From Tubiluchus corallicola (lineage: Eukaryota; Animalia; Priapulida), in NCBI GenBank assembly GCA_030141605.1, contig JAQGDQ010000983.1, positions 1-44,236 of the forward strand: 44,236 nt of DNA, read 5' to 3'. The position numbers and the translations under genes were made by a program. Each line of letters begins with the position of its first letter. The stretch's first letter is position 1. The notes under the pieces are model-generated. The model saw nothing but the letters and a program-made list of their open reading frames with translations, searched no databases and was not told the DNA's origin. Of this stretch, positions 13,172 through 25,540 are shown in pieces.

Positions 13172-14146
13172 GAATCCCAGTCATAAAATCACAACGAAAA
13201 AAGTCACAGATAAAAAGTCACTGGTAAAAAAAGTCACAGATAAAAAATCACAAGGAAAAGTCACTGATAAAAAATCACAAGAAAAAGTCACTGATAAAAA
13301 ATCACAAGGAAAAAGTCACAGATAAAAAATCACAAGGAAAAGTCACTGATAAAAAATCACAAGGAAAAAAGTCACAGATAAAAAGTCACTGATAAAAAAG
13401 TCTCAAAAAGTCACAGAAAAAAATCACAAGGAAAAGTCACATTTAAAAAGTCACAGATAAAAAGCTACTGATAAAAATGTCACAAATAAAAAAGTCTCAA
13501 AAAAGTCACAGGAGAAAAAAATCACAGATAAAAAAGTCTCAAAAATGTCACAGGAAAAAATTGCAAGGAAAAGTGGCAGATAAAAAGTCACTGATAAAAA
13601 AGTCACAGATAAAAAAATCACAAGGAAAAGTCACAGATAAAAAAGTCTCCAAAAAGTCACAGGAAAAAATGACAAGGAGAAGTCACAGATACAAAGTCAC
13701 TGATAAAAAAGTCACAGATAAAAAAGTCTCAAAAAAGTCACAGGAAAAAATCACAAGGAGAAGTCACAGATACAAAGTCACTGATAAAAAAGTCACAGAT
13801 AAAAAAGTCTCAAAAAAGTCACAGGAAAATAATCACAAGGAAAAGTTACGGATAAAAAGTCACTGATAAAAAAGTCACAGATAAAAAATCACAAGGAAAA
13901 GTCACAGATAAAAAGTCACTAATAAAAACTCACCGATAAAAAGTCACAGATAAAAAATCACAAGGGAAAGTCACAGATAAAAAGTCACCGATAAAAAAGT
14001 CACAGATAAAAGTCTCAAAAAGTCACAGGAAAAAAATCACGAGGAAAAGTTACAGATAAAAAGTCACTGATAAAAAAGTCACAGATAAAAAAGTCTCAAA
14101 ATAATCACAGGAAAAAAATCACAGATAACAAGTCACAGATAAAAAA
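13172..14146 (+). repeat. Irregular array of AAAAAGTCACAGAT / AAAAATCACAAGG sub-repeats (probable transposon arm)
   Basis: Dozens of A(4-7)GTCAC motifs, directly followed by a CCCTAA-like tract. Confidence 0.9.
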
Positions 14147-14148
14147 TG

Positions 14149-14358
14149 ACCCTAATCCTAACCCAAACCCTAATCCTAATTCTAACCCAAACCTTAATCC
14201 TAACCATTACGCTAATCCTAATCCTAACCCTAATCCTAACCCAAACCCTAATCCTCATCGTAATCCTAACTCTAACTCAAACCTTAATGCTAACCTTAAT
14301 TCTAATCCTAACCCTAAACCTAATCCTAATCCTAATCCTAAACCTAACACTAACTCTA
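14149..14358. repeat. Degenerate telomere-like (CCCTAA/TCCTAA)n interstitial tract
   Basis: Hexamer periodicity read directly. Confidence 0.9.
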
Positions 14359-14389
14359 GCCAAAATAAGAGCTAATTTTATTCACCAAA

Positions 14390-14827
14390 ATTCACCACTG
14401 GCCTCTGCATTTCGGGAATGCATTGCACAAAAAACAAGTGCTGTACCTCTCAGTTCAGGCGCATTAGTTTGCGGCGAACTACACACGTACGACATTTTAA
14501 GCGCCAGCACAGCGGTAAATTTGAAACGTGAATTTTTATCCTAAAACCTGCCTAGTTTTTGTACAACACTCTGAATCTCTTACAATAGCATTGTACTTCA
14601 ATTTTCGCTTTCGCAAACACGCGCAACACGCTTGTGGACTATTTGTGTTGTTGAAAATTATGTTCGTTTGTGATGTCATCAACAGTTGGGCTCGCCCACC
14701 ATTAATTAACGATTTTAATCTATTATTTAATATCAGCACCGCTTTTCTAATATTACTGATGTTAAAATGTATACTTTTTACTGTACTGGAAAACGGGGTA
14801 GTGTATGAAAAATCATCCTGTCTTCCT
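14390..14827 (+). mobile_element. Kolobok-like non-autonomous DNA transposon, right part
   Basis: Ends ...AAAAATCATCCTGTCTTCCT|TTAA and is the reverse complement of 29759..30216. Confidence 0.7.
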
Positions 14828-15259
14828 TTAATGACGTAACTGTAGTTAAAGGCAAGTTCACATGCCCTATACGACCACATCGGATTACAGTCGGATGTCC
14901 AATCATTATACATTCACTTCAGATAGAATGAAAATGATGCATTTAATGACCAAGTTTTTGTTGAAATGAGAATTTGCCTAGAATGAATGCTGGTGAATTT
15001 TGCCCAGGGAAGCTGTAGAAGGACTAATGACATATTGAACATAGAACTCGATACGTGTCCTAGAGTAATTACTTCACTGCAGGCAAAATCTATAACATTA
15101 CAAGCAAACCAGTGGAAATTCTACCAAACATCACTGGCACGGCGAGTTGAAAGGGAAGGGATGAGGCGAAAGAGAAGGGAGGTCAGTTAATGAAGTGTAC
15201 GCGCGTCAGGTAAAGATGTTCGTGAAGATTTGTTTATCTTGATTGCTAAACCAGAATTA

Positions 15260-16057
15260 AGGTACGACTCCCACGCGTTTGTAATGCGTGATGCGCATGC
15301 AACAGTTCATATTTAAATGCGTAGAAGTGTTTCCATGTGTACGTAATCTGTAGATGCGTAATATGTGATGCGTGATCCGTAGTGCGTGGCGCATATACAA
15401 CAGTTTACATTTAAACACGTTAGAAGTGTTTCCACGCGTACGTAATGCGTTGTTTGTAATGCGTGACGCATATACAACAGTTTACATTTAAACACGTAGA
15501 AGTGTTTCCATGTGTACGTAGTGCGTAATCTGTAATGCGTGATGCGTGACGCATATACAACAGTGTATATTTAAAGGCGTAGAAGTGTTTCCATGTATAC
15601 ATAGTGCGTAATATGTAATGCGTGATGCGTGACGCATATACAACAGTGTATATTTAAACGCGTAGAAGTGTTTCCATGTGTACATAATGCATAATCCGTA
15701 TGCGTAATGCGTGATCCGTAGTGTGTAATGCATATACAACAGCTTATATTTAAACACGTTAGAAGTGTTTCCATGCGTGCGTAATGCGTGATCCGTAGTG
15801 TGTAATGCATATACAACAGCTTATATTTAAACACGTTAGAAGTGTTTCCATGCGTACGTAATGCGTTGTCTGTAATGCGTGACGCATATACAACAGTTTA
15901 CATTTAAACACGTAGAAGTGTTTCCATGTGTACGTAATGCGTAATCCACAATGCGTGATGCATGATATGTATTCACTCAAACGAATGCCACCGTCCGAAT
16001 GACCATCACGCGTTACGCATTACGGATCACGCATTACGCACACATGCAGTCGTTGCT
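15260..16057. mobile_element. TIR element with an internally amplified left arm (about 80-95 bp tandem units)
   Basis: Left end TTAAGGTACGACTCCCACG, right end CATGCAGTCGTTGCTTAA; GTAATGCGTGATCC sub-repeats are inverted between the arms; same family as 24867..25454. Confidence 0.7.
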
Positions 16058-16592
16058 TAAAATGACAAATTTATTTAATTATGCCAGTAAAGAAATACTA
16101 AAGCACAAGAAAATATTTTTGCTTACATAAAGCTAAAAAATTGTCTTGAAATATTGTACTAATTACCAGCTGTCTTATTGTGTACAGAGCTTGCATTAAC
16201 AGTAACGCTGTATCAAAAATGGTAAACTTAAAACAGTTTAAATAACTTGCGTAAAGTTTGAAAAGATAATCACAGCATTCGTCGTAACGCACTTTTCACT
16301 AACAAAGCAAAATTATAAATTATTTTATTTTGTCAATAACATTAAAAAAAGATTTTTTTGTGAGTCAGTGGTGCACACTGGGACGGTGAGTCAACAGTTG
16401 GAGTCAATATTTTAAATTACTAAGAATTTTCCTTTCTAATTACATGTGACTTTTTAATCAGGTAAGCGTGATGCTAAGTAACATAATTTTGTATGAAAGC
16501 TTTTTGGGTCATACCTTAAAATTGTCCATTCCATCCGTTTAGGGGCTTGTGTTTGACTGGCACTTTATACTATGTATAACTTTTAGTAGACT

Positions 16593-16918
16593 AAGGTTAA
16601 GTGTACCATAGCAACGCGTCTTAACTACAACAGTCACATGACGTGTAGGTAAAGCAAAGCCATCTGCCATGTCAGTTCAATAACTTTACTTAATTATGCA
16701 TTAGTCTGTGCATAGAGTGTGATTTACTAGTAAGATCTTGTTTGAGAACAAGGAAAAATGAACTAGCTAAGGTTCTAGTTACTGTAAAAACTGTTACTAT
16801 TACAAGAGCTTGGGCTGCGAGGTGTTCCCTAGTGTACACAAATGCATTGTCTGGTGCACTTGACCTTTGACCTTTTCACGATCATCATCAATCGCTGAAA
16901 CTGTGAAAAGGCTGATTG
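16593..16918 (+). mobile_element. MITE family A copy, left end truncated
   Basis: Ends CGATCATCATCAATCGCTGAAACTGTGAAAAGGCTGATTG, homologous to 36996..37354. Confidence 0.8.
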
Positions 16919-17576
16919 CTACCAAGAGAAATCGTCAGAGAGAGCATTGCAAGTACCCAAAAGCAAAACTCTCTCGTTCCTTTACGAAGCAGAGACACAG
17001 TCAACTATCCACTTCACAAACCAGATCCTGCACTGCTTAACTGTCGAAAAATTTGGCTCGAACGACTCTAAACTAATGCCTTTTTGGAGTCTTTTCCTTG
17101 GCTACATGCGAACTTTGGTATCATTTAACATAATTGCACATACGAAATTGACTGATTACTCACTGTCGTCATCATTATCGTCGCAAACAGGGCACGGAAA
17201 CGTTTCTCTAGAGGTTTTTGTGAAGGTGATTTATACGTTTGATTTATCGTAAGTGCCGGGAAAATTACAGCGCCGTAAAATGCCGCGCGCGTGCAGCGGC
17301 AAAGCCATTAATGCGAAAAACCGCTCTCTCAACATTGCGGTGATTTGTCAATAATAACTGGGAGGCGTGCTTAATATAAAGGACCTTGCTTAGCGTTATG
17401 AGGCTTAAAACATGGCTTCATATAGGCTTAAAACATGGCTTCATTCTTGTTTATAAAAGCACATGAGGCTTAGCAGACCTTGCTACTGGCCAGTAACATG
17501 AGTAATACTCGTGGTTCAGTGAATGTTGTTGCTAAACATTGTTACGGTTACTGCAGACCCGGAAAGAGCTTCTTGC

Positions 17577-18126
17577 GTTAATGCTGTATTATAGAGCTAC
17601 TTAGGAAGACTCGGTCGTCTCGATACGCCATTAAGATAAATGGGTGGGGGTGTCTTCGTTTTGTTCTTTTGCTGCCCACTTTACATGTACAATTATCCTA
17701 CAGTAAAATGTAGAATTACTATGTACAGTAGTAGTGTGTAGTGTTAATGCTGTATTATAGAGCTACTTACGAGAACTCGGCTGTCTCGATACGCCATTAA
17801 GATAAATGGGTGGGGGTGTCTTCGTTTTGTTCTTTTACTGCCCTCTTTACACGTACAATTATCCTACAGTAAAATGTAGAATTAGTATGTACAGTAGTAA
17901 TAAATAGTGTTAATGCTGTATCATAGAGCTACTTAGGAAAACTCGGGCGTTCCGATACGCCATTAAGATAAATGGGTGGGGGTGTCTTCGCTTTGTTCTT
18001 TTACTGCCCTCTTTACACGTACAATTATCCTACAGTAAAATGTAGAATTACTATGTACAGTAGTAATAAATAGTGTTAATGCTGTATTATAGAGCTACTT
18101 AGGCCGTCTCCATACGCCATTAAGAT
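17577..18126. repeat. About 166-bp tandem repeat, 3 full units plus a partial unit
   Basis: GTTAATGCTGTATYATAGAGCTACTTA recurs at about 17577, 17742, 17909 and 18075. Confidence 0.95.
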
Positions 18127-18625
18127 GTAGCCATTACTGACTACAGTTTCTCTACGACAGATATACTGTTAGATCTGTAACAGCCTACGTAATAGGATTA
18201 AAAAACTGAGCGACAGGATCTTCGAATATTTTAGGTCGAAGTTTTTTTTTTATGAAACTTTGTTATCAGTTTATGAATCTTTGTTGGAATGATGCATTTG
18301 CCCTTTTATCTTGTTCTGTCTTTTTTCTTCTGCGCTAACTTTGTTTCATGTTCTTTCGTTATCTTCCCTCCTTCCTTGTTTCTCTATATCTCTCTCTCTT
18401 TTTTCTGCCCCCCTCTCTCTACAATAAACAAATTATCTAATAGTTTCTTGCTCTTAACGCTTCATTCTAGACAAGTTGATCTAAGCCACTGATTTTGATT
18501 AAAATCTCGATTCTCTGAAGTTTGCAGCTGCTGATGAACAACTCGGACAGCGACATCTTTCATTTCCTTTTTTCACAGAAATATGTCTTGTGCTTGAAAG
18601 ATAAACCAAACAAAGCTGTAGTGTT

Positions 18626-19049
18626 GCCACCACTCGCGATTTGGCCTGGAGGTAGGGATGCCACCACTCATGATTTGGCCCGGTGTCTAGGGTTGCTACC
18701 GCTCCTGATTTGACCAGGAGTCGAGGGTTGCCACCACTCGTGATTTGGCCTGGAGTCAAGGGTTGCCACCACTCCTGATTTGGCCCGGTGTCTAGGGTTG
18801 CCATCTCTCCTGATTTGGCCCAGAGTCTAGGGTTGCCACCACTCCTGATTTGGCCCGGTGTCTAGGGTTGCCATCTCTCCTGATTTGGCCCAGAGTCTAG
18901 GGTTGCCACCACTCCTGATTTGGCCTGGAGTCAAGGGTTGCCACCACTCCTGATTTGCCCTAGAGTCGAGGGTTGCCATCTCTCCTGATTTGGCCCAGAG
19001 TCTAGGGTTGCCACCACTCCTGATTTGGCCCGGTGTCTAGGGTTGCCAG
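18626..19049. repeat. 35-bp minisatellite, about 12 units
   Basis: Unit AGGGTTGCCACCACTCCTGATTTGGCCCGGTGTCT. Confidence 0.95.
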
Positions 19050-19074
19050 GACTCGAACCAATTAGTGTATTACT

Positions 19075-19729
19075 CATTACTGAATACGCACCACTCATTA
19101 CAGATCACGCATTACGCATTACGGATCACAGATCACGCATTACTCATTACGGATCATAGATCACGCATTATGGATCACAGATCACGCATTACGCATTACG
19201 GATCATAGATCACGCATTACGGATCACAGATCACGCATTACGAATCACAGATCACGCATTACGAATCACAGATCACGCATTACGAATTACAGATCACGCA
19301 TTACGCATTACGGATCATATATCACGCATTACGAATCACAGATCACGCATTACGGATCACAGATCACGCATTACGAATCACAGATCACGCATTACGAATT
19401 ACAGATCACGCATTACGCATTACGGATCATAGATCACGCATTACGGATCACAGATCACGCATTATGAATCACAGATCACGCGTTACGAATTACAGATCAC
19501 GCATTACGCATTACGGATCACAGATCACGCATTACGAATCACAGATCACGCATTACGGATCACAGATCACGCATTACGCATGGCGGATCATAGATCACGC
19601 ACTACGGATCACAGATCACGCATTACGGATCATAGATCACGCATCACGGATCATACATTACGGATCACAGATCACGCATTACGGATCACAGATCACGCAT
19701 TATGCATTACGTGCACACGGAATCGTAGC
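19075..19729. repeat. 21/28-bp minisatellite built from 7-mers, ending in the TIR of the TACGACTCC family
   Basis: GCATTAC/GGATCAC/AGATCAC modules; terminates in CATTACGTGCACACGGAATCGTAGC, matching 25429-25453. Confidence 0.92.
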
Positions 19730-20102
19730 ATTACTCGAGCATTTCGTTTAGCTTTCAACGTTTAGGTCTTTCCCTTTGAGACCGAGCGCTTTTATACTTT
19801 GCCTTCAAGACTTACTTCATTATTCCCATTGCTTCTATGCGTTGCAACTACAGGCAAATATAATATAGATTTAATGAGATATATAGAGCGAGCGAAGCCA
19901 TGTATTAGTCATTCCTAGTTATATGGTTAGCTTGGAAGAATTAAAGAGAAACAGCGACGTATTTTCAGCTTGATGCTCTAGAAATGGAGGCGCTTTTATT
20001 TTAAAAATAAAGTGAAATCATCAACTCGATTTGTCAAATATAAACCTCAACAACAGAAATTGTTGAATGGGAGCATGTGTGCAGTGAAACGGCACCGCTG
20101 AC

Positions 20103-20451
20103 AATAAGCCTTTTCACAGTTCCAGCGATTGATAATGATCGTGAAAAGCGTGCATTTGTGTACACTTGACAACGCCCTTGCAGCCTATGCCATTGCATTA
20201 GTAACCGTTTTAACAGCTAGCTAGAACCTCACGTAGTTCATTTTTTCTTGTTCTCAGGCAAGAGTCTGCTAGAAAATCACTCTATGCACTAAGTAAACTG
20301 AAGCTACTGAACTAATGCGGTAGGCGATTTTGCTTTACACACATGTCAGTGTGTTACACACATGTTATGCTTGTAGTTATGACTCGCTGCTGTGGTACGC
20401 TTAACTTTTGACTTGCAGCAACTGCGCGTGCGCATAACGAAAAGGCTTATT
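20103..20451 (-). mobile_element. MITE family A copy (reverse orientation)
   Basis: Termini AATAAGCCTTTTC ... GAAAAGGCTTATT; the interior is the reverse complement of 36996..37354. Confidence 0.82.
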
Positions 20452-20685
20452 CAACAATTAATACTAAATTTCGTACTTAGGAATAGGAAGGTATCACCAC
20501 GTTGAAATTTATATCAGATTGTAGTAAATAAAGAAACTCGTGTTATAAAAAACGGTTTTAAAACCATTTCAAATGTAGTAATAGTGATGACGGTATTAAT
20601 GATGACTATGATGCAGACGATTAGGAGAACGTCAATGATGAAATGACAATGCAAAAAATTTACAATTTCACACACAATTTAAATA

Positions 20686-21060
20686 CCCTAATCCCAATCC
20701 CAACCCTAACCCTAACCTAATCCCAACCCTAACCTTAACCCTAACCCCAACCCTAACCCTAATCCAAACCCGAACCCTAATCCTAACCCTAACCCTAACC
20801 TAATCCCAACCCTAACCCTAACCTAGTCCTCACCCTAACCTTAACACTAACCTTAACCCTATCCGAACACTTACCCTAATCGCAACCCTAACCCTAACCC
20901 TAACCCAAATCCTATCCCGAACCCTAACCCTAACCCCAACCCTAACCCTAATCCGAACCCTTGCCCTAATCCCAACCCTTGCCCTAACCCTAACCCTAAC
21001 CTTAATCCCAACCCTAACCCTAACTTTATCCCTAACTCTAACCCTAATCGTAATGCTAAT
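20686..21060. repeat. Degenerate telomere-like (CCCTAA)n interstitial tract
   Basis: Read directly; TTAGGG on the minus strand. Confidence 0.92.
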
Positions 21061-21150
21061 ACTACTTTTTTCATGGGACTTTTCTCGTAGCCAAAATTGT
21101 AACCTTTTTCGATGACTTTTCCCTGTATTACCAGTCTTACCGTTTAATAT

Positions 21151-21875
21151 GCTTCCTATTACTACTGTACATTGAAACAGTTAATGTTAGGAAGCTTCAT
21201 AAAGGACCTCTGCTTAAAGAACTGGACCTAATCTTCAACTGTAGGTCAAAACAATCTATCCTTCTCATTTCTTGTGTGTGTGGGGGGGGGGGCATCGTAA
21301 GCTTCCTATTACTACTGTACATTGAAACAGTTAATGTTAGGAAGCTTCATAAAGGACCTCTGCTTAAAGAACTGGACCTAATCTTCAACTGTAGGTCAAA
21401 ACAATCTATCCTTCTCATTTCTTGTGTGTGTGTGTGGGGGGGGGGGCATCGTAAGCTTCCTACTACTACTGTACATTGAAACAGTTAATGTTAGGAAGCT
21501 TCACAAAGAACCTCTGCTTAAAGAACTGGACCTAATCTTCAACTGTAGGTCAAAACAATTTATCCCTCTCATTTCTTGTGTGTGTGTGGGGGGGGGGCAT
21601 CGTAAGCTTCCTACTACTACTGTACATTGAAACAGCTAATGTTAGGAAGCGTCACAAAGAACCTCTGCTTAAAGAACTGGACCTAATCTTCAACTGTAGG
21701 TCAAAGCAATCTATCCTTCCCATTTCTCGTGTGTGTGTGTGTGTGTGTGGGGGGGGGAGGCTAATGTTAGGAAGCTTCATAAAGGACCTCTGCTTAAAGA
21801 ACTGGACCCAATCTTAAACTGTAGGTCAAAACAATCTATCCTCTCATTTCTTGTGTGTGTGTGGAATCGTAAACT
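21151..21875. repeat. About 150-bp tandem repeat, 4-5 units, each with a variable (GT)n-G run
   Basis: GCTTCCTAYTACTACTGTACATTGAAACAG recurs at about 21151, 21301, 21455 and 21606. Confidence 0.95.
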
Positions 21876-22152
21876 TTATCCAACCACCCTAATAGCAGTA
21901 TAGTTTCAACAGTACTCAAGCTTGTTTATGATATTTTCGTCATTAGACGAAAGCAATAACTTCCCTCATGTAAGATTAAAAGTAGCAACTTATTGGCATA
22001 CGCACGTCATCACATGTGTGGTGATTTTCATTCATAACAACGAGGAAGCAGAGCATGAATATTTCATTGTGATGCCAGTTACATGAGCGTATCGGTGCCA
22101 GCAGAAGAGCATCCATGATATAAACGATCTTGTTTCTTATGCAGGGATAAAG

Positions 22153-22315
22153 ATGGAGAAATTATCAGAGGAAGACAGTGAGACAGAGTTGGAGAAGAAG
22201 GGTTCCTCCTCCATGAGAGAACGGTGGAAGAAAGCTTTCAAGAAAATGAAACATCACAAGTTCGGTTCCAGCATGGAGGAGTACAGCAGCGGTTCAGAAA
22301 GTCAAACTGATCAAG
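22153..22315 (+). CDS. STAC: STAC-like gene, first recognised coding exon (exon starts at 22145 after tgcag; ATG at 22153)
   Basis: Acceptor ttgtttcttatgcag|, donor CAAG|gtgatt. Encodes MEKLSEEDSETELEKKGSSSMRERWKKAFKKMKHHKFGSSMEEYSSGSESQTDQ(G), ending in phase 1 and compatible with the exon at 25541. The 8 nt before the ATG are open, so an upstream coding exon is possible. Confidence 0.65.
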
Positions 22316-22348
22316 GTGATTTGAAATTCTTGTTTATTTTCCGCGTTT

Positions 22349-22871
22349 CTCGTGCATGCTGATTGGAGGACGGTTTATTACGTCATGTCTGTCGTGCATG
22401 CTGATTGGAGGACGGTTTATTAGGTCAGGTCTGTCGTGCATGCTGATTGGAGGACGGTTTATTAGGTCAGGTCTGTCGTGCATGCTGATTGGAGGACGGT
22501 TTATTACGTCAGGTCTGTCGTGTATGCTGATTGGTTGAGGGTTTTATTACGTCATGTCTGTCGTGCATTCTGATTGGAGGACGGTTTATTAGGTCAGGTC
22601 TGCCGTGCATGCTGATTGGAGGACGGTATATTAGGTCAGGTCTGCCGTGTATGCTGATTGGAGGACGGATTATTACGTCAGGTCTGCCGTGCATGCTGAT
22701 TGGAGGACGGTTTATTAGGTCAGGTCTGCCGTGCATGCTGATTGGAGGACGGTTTATTAGGTCAGGTCTGCCGTGCATGCTGATTGGAGGACGGTTTATT
22801 ACGTCAGGTCTGTCGTGTATGCTGATTGGAGGACGGTTTATTACGTCAGGTCTGTCATGTACACTAATTGG
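22349..22871. repeat. 42-bp intronic minisatellite, about 12.5 units
   Basis: Unit GTGCATGCTGATTGGAGGACGGTTTATTAGGTCAGGTCTGTC. Confidence 0.96.
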
Positions 22872-24043
22872 AAAGTGCTTTTGTTACATGGTGTAAAGAA
22901 TTCTTTTTGCAGATCATTATCCAACACCCAAGAATCAGAATAGTTTTGTAACTGATTGTAACAGGACCGGTACCTGTCTAATGATCCTTTGTAGATGAGA
23001 TACTGAACTGGTAGGTCTTTCTGTCACGTTCGGCTGCAAATATATTTATCTTCAAAGAGGCAAACACGTGGAGCTAACATGGCAGATGAAACAATACAGA
23101 AGAAGTTCTTCTAGTCACTCACCCAGTTACTACCCAAACATCGCATTGCTTTAATATCAAGCACATATCATGTCCACTCAGCTATTCAGACCGCTTTCTC
23201 TCTGCATATGTTGCAACTACGATATTACTATGTAAATAAAGCTAGCAGATTTCATATGAATAAAAAAGCAAGCTTCAGCGCAATAATCTACCAGTAATTT
23301 CTCCACCTAATTTTCAACCTAGTCAACTTTTGTGGCCTTAGATCGTACCCTACAAATAAAGTACCAGAAATAGGGGATAGTGAATTGAAGCTAACTTACT
23401 TCTAATCATTGGCCACTTTTCACTGTAGGTGGCGCTTCTTTTATCACCATACTGAATTGCGCATGCGGTCTTTAACAATGTTTAAAACATAGATATTTAT
23501 GGTTTAAACCAACTTTAACAATGTTTAAACCAAAGATATTTATGGTTTAAACCAACTGATGATGAAAGAATGCATCTTTAATTATGAAAGCGGCTACAAA
23601 AAACGTTCAGGACACAAGTTATTACGTCACAGCTAATATGGATTTGTGTTTTCATTCTCAACGTCTAAAGGTTACCTCTATTTCCTCAAAATTAGCTGGT
23701 ATATACACCGTTTGACATTAAACTTCTCTCTGTAATCGTTCCAATGTACACATCCGCCATTGCATATTTGTAGTATACCTCACACTGGACCCCCTGGTGG
23801 CAGGAAAAACAAACAAGAGAAAAATTACAAAAAGCTTATTGTAAAAAGTTCCACCTGAAATAACACTGAATCAGAGGAAAGGAAAAGCAAGGGAGGCATT
23901 TTACTAAGCCGAAGTGACGAATGGTCAGGAGTGTTCTGCCAGTCCGGAGGCTAAGATGAGAAATCGTGAGGGAATCCACTGTAATGCTGACCGCCTTTCA
24001 TGAACTTGTGGCGGTCTGTGGCGTACTGTGGCGTGTGTTGGCG

Positions 24044-24616
<573 letters not shown>

Positions 24617-24866
24617 AAAATCTTTATTTGCCATTTTGAAAACATTGACCATCATAATAAAAGACAGACAATCAGTGCTAGTTCATATAAAAAACATACA
24701 CTGTTCTGCGCAAATGCGTCTGGTGCAAGCTAAACTATAAGTGCAACTAGAAATTCAAAAATAAAATATAAACTAGTTTAGTATAAAATATAAAAGTTTA
24801 GTATAAAAATATACTAGTTGAGTATAAAATATAAACCAGTTCGCGTAAGGTGATTTATTGAAGTAA

Positions 24867-25454
24867 AGATACGACTCCATGTGTACATAATGCGTGATGC
24901 GTGATCCGTAATTATCGTCCCAATGCGCAATACGCAGACGGGAAACCGCCGTTGCCTAGGTGATTATAAAGAGTTTTCAATTTCGGTGACCATTTTCGCT
25001 GTTTGGGTTTCTGAAAATTCTAGTTAGGTCAGTTTTGGTCACTTGAAGACCTACAAACAATAATAATTTTTCTGTTTGAGTTTCTGAAAGGTGGAAGAAG
25101 CATGTAGTTACGTGTTGTGCATCTAGCAGCAATTCTTTCACTGAATGATGATGTCCGCCATATTGTTCTCTACCCTGTAAAATGTTGTGCACCCAAAACC
25201 TGTGCTTCTCTTCCGTCTAATAGTACAGTAATAAGCTAATGCCACATTATCACGTTTAAATTTCGACAGAGACATGATTTCCAGAAATTATTCTTTGCAA
25301 TTTTTACGAATAGCGACCAAAAATGGCGGAAAGAGAGCCGTGAGCTTTGTTGATACGTGTAGCGTTTACTGGCACATGAAAACAGTCAATACGCATCACG
25401 CATTACGCAACACAGACCACGCATTACGCATTACGTGCACGTGGAGTCGTAGCT
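24867..25454. mobile_element. About 590-bp non-autonomous TIR element (TACGACTCC family)
   Basis: Left AGATACGACTCCATGTGTACATAATGCGTGATGCGTG; right end reverse complement AGCTACGACTCCACGTGCACGTAATGCGTAATGCGTG. No clear TSD. Confidence 0.75.
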
Positions 25455-25540
25455 CTAGCCTACAAACTATATTACACTAAACTTGATTACAAATATAAAA
25501 GATATTACAAATTTTAAATTGGCATCATTTTTTGACGCAG

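Noticed and set aside
13477-13866. Lys-rich histone H1 or protamine-like ORF
   Set aside because: It is the translation of A-rich AAAAAGTCAC sub-repeats with variable A-run lengths.
20686-21060. Telomere or chromosome-fusion site
   Set aside because: The tract is short, degenerate and single-orientation with no head-to-head junction; it is better explained as part of a repeat element.
22913-23010. Possible extra STAC exon supplying the first half of C1
   Set aside because: An acceptor exists (ttctttttgcag) and phase 1 reads DHYPTPKNQNSFVTDCNRT, but there is no CxxC and no convincing frame-compatible donor. It cannot be excluded without RNA data.
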